The notes under the pieces are model-generated. The model made no database searches. It was not told the DNA's origin and worked only from the letters and a program-made list of their open reading frames with translations. The position numbers and the translations under genes were made by a program. From positions 39,060,001 through 39,124,000 of the forward strand of contig NC_042998.1 in assembly GCF_006345805.1 (NCBI RefSeq): a stretch of DNA of 64,000 bases, in the 5' to 3' direction. Positions within the stretch are counted from its first letter, which is position 1. The number at the start of each line of letters is the position of its first letter. Of the stretch, positions 26,701-38,500 are shown in pieces. Source of the stretch: Octopus sinensis. Lineage: Eukaryota.

Positions 26701-28472
26701 AAGAATTCTTCTCAACACATGGCTATGATGCTCCCCCACTACTTCTGCTCATGATCAGAGATGCACATATTGTCAGCCACCAAGAAACATGCTCAACTGG
26801 TTACGGTGAAGCAAATCTGTGGTATTGAGCAGAATATTTGCTGTAGCCCATCTTTTATACCAAGACAAACAATGTACACTTCCAATCAGTTAGGATCATA
26901 AGCCATGAGCCACTGCCTGGTACTGCATCAGGGCTATTGTCACTATTTTTATATAAGGTGGTAAGCTGGTAAAATCGTCAGCCCACCGGACAAAATACTT
27001 GATGCCATTTCTTCCGTCTTCACATTCTGAGTCCAAATTCTGCAGGGGTCAATTTCATATTTCCTCCTCCCATGGTCAATAAGTGCCAGTTGCGCACTGC
27101 AGTCGAAGTAATCAACTAGCCTATTCCCCTTAAAAGCTTCAGGGCTTATACATATGATAGAAAGTAGTAGTAGTAGTAGTAATAATAGTTTTTTCGGATA
27201 ACGATCAGTTAATGAGAAGCTTCGTTATAGTGAATGACATGATGCAGAGTGTGACGACAGTTCTGGTGATGTAGGGGGCAGTAGAGTCATGATGATGCGA
27301 AAATGATGTTAGTTGAACAAGTTAAACAAAAATATTGTGTTCATATGGTTTCTTTTCATTGCAATGATGTACCGTAGAAGATATTTAAACGACAAACACT
27401 TGCATTCCATTGGTTACGACATGAAATTAACATGCAAGTGGCTGAACACTCCACAAACCCTTAATGCAGTTCTCAGAGAGATTCAATGTGACACACCAAA
27501 TGTGACATGGATGGCCCTTTGAAATAAAAGCGCAACTCATGCTGAGTGGATGGGAACAGCATAAAATAAAGTTTTTTGCTCAAGGTCACAACATGCCAAC
27601 ACTAATCAAACTCACAACCTTCAACCCTTTCGTTACTGTATTTCAGTTGAGATGCTCTGTCAGGTTTCTTTCAATTACTTTAAATATGACAAAGAATTTA
27701 GTAAAATAACTTAGTTATCATTTAGCTAGTGTTAGGAACATAAATTGTGACTAAGATTTGGTGGAAGATTTTAATTAAAAATTTATGAAAACAAGACATT
27801 TGTACTACAGGGCCAGAAGTGGTTTCAGCTGGGTTGGTAACGAAAGGGTTAATATCATGAGCTGTAAACCCTAACCACAGCGTCATGCACCTACAACAGA
27901 ACATATCACGCACATTCACAACTGCTCGTTTTTTTCTCTTTCTGTGAGCATTTTGCTTTCTATAAATATAAAATTTCCAATTGATTTAAGATAAAGTTTT
28001 GATTACAAGCACTACAGATATGTTCTCTGGTATATCATAGCAATTAAATGAATTAATATTAACACATCATTAATTGAAATGTGGAAAGAGGATTTTTAAA
28101 AATACATCTTACAAGTTTTGTGGTCAGCCCAAACATAAGCCATTTTGTTGTATGGAAACAAATCTTTATCACAGCCAGATATCTGAGTCACGTAAGTCTT
28201 AATTGGAGCATTTTCGGATACACTGATTTGCTTCCTTTCAGGATTCTAAAAAATTCAATGTTCAAATATATATATATATATAAAGTTAATACAAACATGA
28301 AAACACAACAATGCGGGGATGTGGAACAAGTATAGTGTTATTGGACGCTCAGGAAAGGAAAGAAAGAAGGAGGATTTAACATTTCAAGCAGAGCTCTTCG
28401 TCAGAAACATAGGAAAAGGAAAGATCCAAGGAAGAGAAGACGAAGTAAAAAAATCGCCAACAGTACACACAC

Positions 28473-28535
<63 letters not shown>

Positions 28536-31341
28536 ATTATGCAGATAAACAAATTAGAGACATCAAATATATTAAATATAATAATTAGGGTAAGAAATGC
28601 AAAATATGTATATATGTATACTTAGAACATGAGAGAAAGCAGAAGGTGAAGACTTTCAGATTTTCAAGTATAAATACAGAGATATCTCTATTAAGAGGTC
28701 CGACTTACACAGAGTACAAACAACAGAGAAAATTAAAGGGATGGAAGAAAGGTGTTAGAAATCCAACAGCTATTTCTGGGGGCTCAGCAATCCATAATAA
28801 TGTTTGGAGATTTAGTTCATTACAATATGTGGCCGTATCAATGTAATTAACATGGGATGAGACAAGCTTCCATCATCAGAGAGATCTTACATTTCAGATC
28901 TTAATGCAGAGAAGTTCAAAGATGGAATGATTAAATGTGGAGAGTTAGCTATATTAGAGGGGAAAGAAGGAAGGTCGGTGGGCTTATGGGGAGTATTCAG
29001 ACAAGGAATGGTGAGAAGAGAGAATGTAGTTTAAGAAGAGTGAAGGGTTAATAATGAGAGTACTAAGGGAGGTGGTAGTAGAGATGGAGAGATAGTATTT
29101 GAAGGTTAGTCCATTGTGCTGGGTTTGTGTCTAGACATCAAAGTTTAGGGATAATAGTTATAGAATTATTGAACATTGAGATAGTGAGAAAAGGAATGGC
29201 AATTATTTGAGGGAGGTAAAGTGTCTAGTTCAGTGGCAGAGGGAGATTACTAAGAGTATATAGAAAGGTATGAGAGAAGATAGGGGGAGGTGGAGAAAGT
29301 GGGGGTGAGTTTGTGGTCCAGATAGCAGTGTCGTTTTATACAGAGAATCTTTGGATCTCATGTGCACTATATAGCTTTTGGGGGGAATACACAAGTGTTA
29401 AAGAATCTTTGATATGAAAAAAAATTCCCTAAAAAACATACCTATCCCGGCGCAGTAGCAATACCTCAAAAGTATTATATATAAATATGTGTGTGTGTGT
29501 AGAGTTGAAATTTACAGAAAAACTAAAGATGAAGACAGGTGTATAAACAACAAGCAAGTGTATTAGTTTGATGCTCAGGAAGGTGAGGAAGTCTTTTATG
29601 TTTCGAGCCTACGCTCTTCAACAGAAAGGAACATTAGGAAATAAACAGAGAGAGAATAAAAACAAACTTTTGGAGTTAGCGATCAATCCGGTTGAAGATG
29701 CACCTAAGACTTAAATTGTGTAGAAGTTTTTAAATTTTGTAACAGGCTTATTGAAATACCAAACCAGTTTGTTTTTCAATGGTGAATAAAGAAAAATAGG
29801 AGAGATTAAGAGTATGAGAGAAAATTCAGGGAAAACATGCTTAAAAGATCGAATGCTCATACAAATTGCAATGTTCAATGTTTCACAGAGATAGACAGTG
29901 GTACAGGTTCAAATGTTCAATGAATTTCATAAGAGACATTTAGTAGCATTGAGCTCTATTAACAGAAATGGTGAAGATTTTATCAGAGTAAGGAAAGAAA
30001 AGAAAGAAAATTTCTTTGTTTTAGAATTTGTCCAAGTGCATGAAGGAGAATTCTTTGTCACTGGTTTCAATAGTAGAGGTCATATATGGCTACACTGAAT
30101 TAAATTTGAAACATCAAAGTAACTGTCATCCTTTCCTTGATATAAATATTACACTCTGTGTATGTTTCTGTACTGAAAGAATGATTGGCAGCACTTCTGT
30201 TGACCAGCCTGGCACGGAGAAGTAGCAGTTTTTCATTCATTTTGGCCATTTCATGGCAGTAGGTTTCTGCAGTAATGGTTTTTCCAGGTTTTAAGAAGTT
30301 ATGATGGATGTGTCCAGCAGTACACTAGCAAACAGCCACCATAATCTTTTTGAAGAGCTTGGGTTTCGATGCTTCATTTTAGTCCAACCAATGCAAAGAA
30401 CATTTTTTAAATTATTGTACAGAATCCACTTTTCATCGCAATTTACAATACAGTTGAGAAATGGAACAGTATAGTCATGGAGAAGTAGCGACGAGCAAAT
30501 TTCATATCTGCGCATTTTCTGGTTTTCATTCAAATCATGTGGTACCTATTTGTAGACCTTTTTTGATTTTCTGATCACATGCAAATGGTTGCAGGCAGTT
30601 TTCTGGCGAACTTGAAGTTCTTTTTCCAGTTCTTGAGTGGTTTTACGTGGATCTTTCTCAATGACAGTCTTTAATTGACCATCATTGATGACAGATGGGT
30701 GTCCACTATGTCCACGATCCTCAAGGCTCAGGACTCCATTATGAAATCACTTAAACCATTTTCAAGCTGACCACTTACTGGTCATTTCCTCATCAAATGT
30801 TCCGTTGATATCGCGAACAGTTTCAGCTGTTTTACGTCCTTTTTTGAAGTCAAATAGCAAAATTGCTTGAATATTATGCTTTGACTGCTCCATCTCAGAT
30901 GATTGAAAGAATGGTGAAAAAAATATCAATGTTAATTTATTGATGCATTTGGGCAAGTCTATATCTGTATTATAAGACAATTGCAAAAAAATGTTTCAAA
31001 AAATTCAAAACTCTGGAAAAATCCAGTGTAAATTCTTCGTGGTTCAAAATGTTGCTTACTTTTTACTATATATTCTATATCATTCTATATCCATGCCTAT
31101 ATACACACACATACAAGGGCAACGAGCTGGCAGAATCGTTAGCACGCCGGGCGAAATGCTTAGCAGTATTTCGTCTGCCGTTACATTCTGAGTTCAAATT
31201 CCACCAAGGTCAACTTTGCCTTTCATCTTTTCGGGGTCAATTAAATAAGTACCAGTTACGCACTTGGGTCGATATAAACGACTTAATCCGTTTGTCTGTC
31301 CTTGTTTGTCCTTTCTATGTTTAGCCCCTTGTGGGCAATAA

Positions 31342-31409
<68 letters not shown>

Positions 31410-34400
31410 CCCCCACATGTGTATGTATGCATGTATGTATTAATTTGCACATCCAACTGAACTTAGAGTGTTGCTTTAAATGCCATAAATTGTAATCTTG
31501 CTGAAATTTCATCTAAAAAGTGCAGATTATAATGGCAGAGGAAAATTCCTCAGTACTGTCGGATGAGACTGTTGTATCACGTGATTTTAGTGTAATTTTT
31601 ATCCCCCAGTGTGACGTTGATCATTATTCAATATTAGCCTATGTATGTATGCATGCATGTATACGTGCAGATTTATGTGTTTTGTTCTATATCTGTCTTC
31701 TCATGCATAGACTCACATTTTACTGAATGTATTTTGGTGCATGTTTTAACCAAAGAAATTTTAGAGGAAAATTTAATCAGATTTTAGAAAACAGTTTATG
31801 CCGTTATAAAGTTCTCAAAACTTAAAGTCTGCAATTTTTAGTCCTTGAAATTTTTATCTCATCTGGTAGAAGGAACACGTGGGATTAATCGTATATAGAA
31901 ATAGCGCATACGTCATTTCCAAGACACGGGATATAACTGTCAGTTTCTGTGTTTCATGTCGCTAAGTTCTTTTGATAAGGGTATATATTGGTTTATAGTG
32001 ATGGATGGACAGGCAGACAGATAGGTAGTATTTCAAAGCTATACAGTACAATGACAACAAGTAGCAGAAATCTAATGATCAGTGTTTGAAAATCTGGGAC
32101 CTAATGAGTTTATTGCCAACACCCACATTTAATAGAAAACAACTTTCTAAATTGAAAATTTGCTAAATTAGTAACATCGTTCTAATTAATGCTTTAGCAA
32201 TATTTTAATTAATAAAGGCTATAATTATTTCATGTGAAATTTTAATTAATAAGCGATAGTATTAATTCTTTTAAAATTTTCAACCATTGATCCAGCTGCT
32301 GTTTTTTTTCTCCTTAGTCTGTATTTTGCGATTGTTATTCTTAGTTTATTGTCTTCACTTCATAAGTCAAAAATGATTTTAATAACTAAATTTATGTAGG
32401 TTTTTCATTATTTAACAAAATCTTCAATATTTAGAATTCACATTTATTAATAGGGTTGTATTAAGTTGTGTAACTTTGAAATATTTTACATAGAAATTAT
32501 AATGAACTTAATATTTACTTCTGACCAGATGCTAGGTTGCCTTTTATAGTAGAAAATGCTTGTAGTTGACGGCAGTTGTCACCGATACTAACTTTATCGA
32601 TCATGAGAGGTTTAAAGAAAACGTAGGCTCCAGTAACATTTAGATCTTTAAGCATCCAATTAAAATAATTCAACTCGTTTAGACCTGCTTTAACATTTGC
32701 TGTCAATTCTCTACCTTAATAGAGTCTGTGTAATAACGAGCAACTAATCAAGTTATTTTTACGAGAAGAAAGAAGAATGATACATTCTAGAGGATGGGGA
32801 TTTTTGACAAGGTGCAGGGCTCTGAATTTGCAGAGTGAGCATATTGAGTATTGGGAAATGTTCATGTTCTTTGTTTTTCTCTCGGTGATATCAAAAGAGA
32901 AAGTGAATAGATTTACACTGTGAAATGAAACAGTGTACGTACGAACGAGACACAGTGAAATTTAATACTGACATTAGAACTTAGATAACTTGGCCTGAGC
33001 CATTGATAGAAGACTAAAAATTTGAAATGCAGAGTCCAATGGCTAAAATAAGTAAAAAAAGTATTTGCTTACAAATGTTTCTGAGAACAACACTCTCACA
33101 CACGCACACACACACACTGATTTTCTTTTTACTTACCGACGAACATGAAGTAAAAGTTGGTCTGTTGTCATCTTCATCGAGTACAAAAACACGCAACTGC
33201 TTTATGCTGGTGTAATTAAGATTTAATGTGTCAGCAGCCTGAATAACGACCTGATCAGGAATATAAGAATAGTTACAAGTTGTTACATAATAAATAAAAA
33301 CATATACAAGATGAAATTACTCGGAATTGCTACTGATGGGGAAAAAAGCTTTCCAAGTCTAGTTTTCTTATGTTGAGAAATCATTTTCAAAGAGTAAAAA
33401 AGTACATACATATATTTCCATATAACTCCTTTATTTTTGCATGAAAGTCCTTAAAGTTTTCTGGTAACCATGGACAGCTCTATTTTGTCCTCTTTCTGAA
33501 CCCTTCAGCATGACATCACTCGAGATTTTAAAATTAGTTAATCTAAATTCATGCATTTTTTTTTTCTTTTGCATATTTCTTACAGAATCTCTATAAAAAT
33601 TGTTTACTTTAAAATGTACAATTTACCTTAAATCCAATTATATTGACTTGAATTTAACTTATTGATTCTAGAATTGTTGAAAGCAATTGTTACACCAATG
33701 AGATTTACTACAGGAAGCCACTAAACTCCATTTTCATCCATCGCTAATGTTTCTTTTCTTTACTCATTCTTAGACATATCCACAACACAAATTTGATAAT
33801 TATTTTCATCAGCCACACAGAAGTGAAAATAAAATCGATTCTGTAAATTTTTTGAATTGGTGTTGGATTCAGGCAGATGTTCTACTGTATATCTTTGTGG
33901 CTTGCTTCTGACTAACAAGGAAAACTATCACAATCTTAGAATTATGATTAAATAACTCAAGAAAATATACTTACAGTGTACATGCTCTGTTCCTCTCTGT
34001 CTAGAGGTGCCATTGTAGTTATGATTCCAGAAATAGGATCTATTTCAAATAACTTAGGACTCGTTTCATCGGAAATAAGAGAAAATGAAACATTGGAATC
34101 TTGTCGAGCTTTGGCGATCACTGTAAACACATAAGTTCCATTTGGTTGGTTCTAAAATATAATTATATGAATTGAATTTCTTTAGTCAAATATTTGTGTT
34201 TAAATAAAGTAATACAAAATGGAAGATACTTTGACTCTGGTCAAAATAGATATTTTTATGTATGATAAACATTTCTCGATTGAATGCTAGAATTCTTTGC
34301 TTCTAGAAGAATCATTGGGATTTGCCAATTCATTTTGTGTTCCTTCACCATTATTTGTCTTTAAATATATTTCTTGTTTCTGTGGATTTGCATCAGCTTC

Positions 34401-35437
34401 GAATCTGTATATGTCAGCCACTCTTGACTCTCACTGTTCATTGAGCTCATAACGATTTATTATTGTCAGGTGCAAAGTAAACAGTGAGCGGCCGATGCGA
34501 ACGTAAATATGCTTATCACTGTTGCATTTTGTCATTGGAGAACAAATACTTTGAGATGAATGTTTGGTCATCACACTCTCAATTTGTTAGCTCATTAGGG
34601 GATTTTGAGACAGCTGATGCTTCGTCATCACTGAGTCTGCCAGGCCAAACCTACTCTCAACTAATAAATCTAACTTGAGTGTATGGCTCTTGTTTATAAA
34701 TTTAGCAGACGAATTATTTACTGATACATTCTTGTATTTGCCAACAGATAAAGAATTGTCGGAGAACAACGAGATTCAGAACGATGACTTACATATTTAT
34801 TCTTCAGACTTTCAGAAATCTGAAAGAATATGTCAGTCATTATATATATATATACCTTTTACTTGTTTCAGTCATTAGACTGCAGCCATGCTGGGGCATA
34901 ACTTTGAGAAAAAATTTAAACCAGAGTCTAGAAAGAATTCAACATCCTTTGTCTAGGTTGATATCTCCCTGTCTTTACCCACACAATCATCAAGACAGCA
35001 ACATGTGTATATGTATATATACATATACATATATGAATATATATATATGTGTGTGTGTATAAACATGTGTACATATATATGCTTACATATAGATAGATAT
35101 GAAGGCAGACAGACACACACCAACAGGCATGCACTCATACACACACACACAGCACACAGACAGATAGATAGATAGATAATTGCACCTCAGAAACTCTTGC
35201 GGTTTGTCCAGGTCCTGGTTGAAGAATTCTCGGTTCTTTTGTGATTAAAAACTCAATGACAACTTCAACATTTGCCTTTGCATTCAAACGACGAAGACCG
35301 TTGTCTGTTGCTTTCACAGTCAGAGGGAAAGAATTTACTGTAGAAACATTCAACATATCAAAGGCTGTTTTTATCTCTCCTGTGACTGCATCAATATTAA
35401 AAATCCTTTGTCCTGAAAATAAAACAATATGTATGTA

Positions 35438-35503
<66 letters not shown>

Positions 35504-38500
35504 CAAAATAAGCAACAAGGATATCCAGAGGTAATGCAGTACGTTCATTTCAAACAACACCATTTAATATGATTTTAATCACCTTATTTTGAAATTGTAT
35601 GGATAATACTGTATTAAATTCTGGTGCCTCAACTTACATACCATATTCATCTATATATATATATATAGTGGAACACTGACGGGGTTGGTGGCGTGGGTAT
35701 ACTGGAACACTGATGGGGTTGGTGGCGTGGGTATACTTATCGCTGAGAAATGGGTAGATAGAGTAATTGAGGTAATCAGAGTAAGTGACAGAATACTTAA
35801 GATTAGAATAGTGCTTCATAACAGATTAGCAACCATTATATCGGCCTATGCCCCTCAGCCAGGGCTACCCGATGGACAGAAAGACAGTTTCTATGACACC
35901 CTACTGCAGACAACCTCATTGACGAACGACAGGGACCTTCTCTTTGTGGCTGGTGATTTCAATGGGCATGTTGGACGACATGCTGGGGGCTTCCATGGCG
36001 TACATGGAGGCTACGGTTATGGTTCCCGCAACGAGGAGGGAACCAGGCTGCTGGAGTTCTGCGATGCGAATAGTCTTATGGTCTGCAACACTAACTTCAG
36101 GAAACCGACAAGCCACCTGGTCACCTACCGATCGGGCCGGCATACTAGCCAAATCGACTACATCCTTGCCAGAAAAAGGGAAAGATGGCTGCTTATAAAT
36201 GCCAAAACCTTCCCAGGCGAAGAATGCACCCCACAACATAGACTGGTAGTTAGTGACTTTAGGATCAGGAATAAGAGGGCGACTAGAAGACGACCAACAT
36301 GGAGAAGAAGGGTCTGGAAGCTTAAAGACCCTGCGAATGGACAGAGATTTAGAGACATGTTACTTGAAGCCTTTGACGAAATGGAAGGGGGTATAGCTAC
36401 GCATGGGGTAGAAGACAACTGGACGCTTCTGAGGGAAGCTGAAAGCCACTGACCAGATCTGTGGCTGGTGCAAAGTCCCCTTAAGACCCAAAATAACGTG
36501 GTGGTGGAACAATATTGTCGACAGGGCTATTAGACAAAAGAAACAGGCTTGGAAGGCCTGGAAGAACGGTGGTAGCAGGGAAGGGTATCAGACTGCCAGA
36601 AGGGAAGCTAGGAGACAGGTCTATCTAGCCAGAGGGGAAGCAGATAAGAAAAAATTTGCCAATGTCCTGCGCCGTGAGGATGAAAGACTTCAGGTATTTC
36701 GTGTTGCAAGACAGTGTGTGAGAGAGAATCGTGACATGGTAGGAGAGAAATGTGTTCGCAAGGATGACGGTTCACTTGCGCTAAATGAGGATGCAAAGAG
36801 AGAGGCGTGGAGACGCCACTATGAAAGGTTGCTGAATGAGGAAAATGAATGGGATAAAGAGAGTCTGCCGAATGTGGACCCAACAGAGGGACCAGCAATC
36901 CGAGTTAACAGCTCTTTAGTAGTTGAGGCAATTAGAAGCATGAAAACAGGGAAAGCCCCAGGCCCATCAGGAATTACTGCAGAGATGCTCAAAACATCTG
37001 GTAGTGTCAGCTATAGCTTAGTCACCCGTATAGTTAACCAGGTGATACACGAAGGAGTCATACCCAATGACTGGTGTAGCAGCATAATAGTCAACTGCTA
37101 CAAAGGTAAAGGTGACGCCCTAGATACAAATAACTACAGGGGCATCAAGCTGCTGGATCAGGTAATGAAGGTTACGGAGAGGGTTATAGCCCAATTAATT
37201 AGAGAGAGAGTTAGCTTAGATGATATGCAGTTTGGGTTCGTGCCAGGGAAAAGTACTACTGATGCTATATTCCTGGTGAGACAGCTGCAGGAGAAATACC
37301 TAGCCAAAGATAAGCCCTTGTATCTGGCTTTTGTTGACTTGGAGAAAGCCTTTGACGGGGTCCCCCGATCCCTTATCTGGTGGTCAATGAGGAAACTAGG
37401 GATAGATGAATGGTTAGTGAGAGCTGTGCGAGCCATGTACAGAGACACTGCTAGTAAGGTGAGGGTTGGCAACGAGTACAGTGAAGAATTCCGGGTAGAG
37501 GTTGGGGTCCACCAAGGTTCAGTCCTCAGTCCCCTCCTATTTATCATAGTCCTCCAGGCAATAACGGAGGAATTCAAGACAGGATGCCCCTGGGAGCTCC
37601 TCTATGCTGATGACCTTGCTCTAATTGCTGAGTCACTATCAGAACTGGAGGAGAAGTTTCAGGTGTGGAAACAAGGATTAGAATCGAAGGGCCTTAGAAT
37701 CAACCTAGCCAAAACCAAAGTCCTAATAAGTAGGAAGGTGGACCAATCACAAACGATGGCCCTGCTCGATCTGTAAAAAAGGTGTAGGTAGAAACTCTAT
37801 AAGGTGCACCAAGTGTAAGCTATGGACACATAAGAGGTGCAGCAATGTCAAAGGAAGGCTAACTAGGAAAATAGTTTTTGTCTGTGGCAGATGCTCAGGA
37901 GCAATAAACACTGGAAATGTGCAGAGACCAACTTCTACCACGTTCCAGGGAGACAAACTAGAAGTAGTTGATAGCTTCCGCTACCTAGGAGACCAAGTCA
38001 GTAGCGGGGGTGGGTGTGCTGAAAGTGTAACTGCTAGAGTAAGAATAGCCTGGGCAAAGTTTAGAGAGCTCTTACCCCTGCTGGTGACAAAAGGCATCTC
38101 GCTCAGAGTAAAAGGCAGACTGTATGATGCATGTGTACGTACAGCCATGCTACATGGTAGTGAAACATGGGCCGTGACTGCTGAGGATATGCGTAAGCTC
38201 GCAAGAAATGAAGCCAGTATGCTCCGATGGATGTGTAATGTCAGTGTTCATAATCGTCAGAGTGTAAGTACCTTGAGAGAAAAGTTGAACCTAAGAAGCG
38301 TCAGTTGTGGTGTGCAAGAGAGATGGCTGCGCTGGTATGGTCATGTGACGAGAATGGCTGAAGATAGTTGTGTGCAAAAGTGCTACACCCTAGCAGTTGA
38401 GGGAACCTGTGGAAGAGGTAGACCCAGGAAAACCTGGGACGAGGTGGTGAAGCACAACCTTCGAACTTTAGGTCTCACCAAGGAAATGACTAGAGACCGA

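Noticed and set aside
31116-31200. tRNA genes
   Set aside because: A and B boxes belong to SINE heads; no complete cloverleaf, and they continue into SINE body and tail
32515-32716. 63-aa minus-strand ORF as a cassette exon of the cadherin
   Set aside because: No cadherin motif; candidate acceptors are phase 1 and the donor phase 2, whereas this intron needs phase 0 to 0
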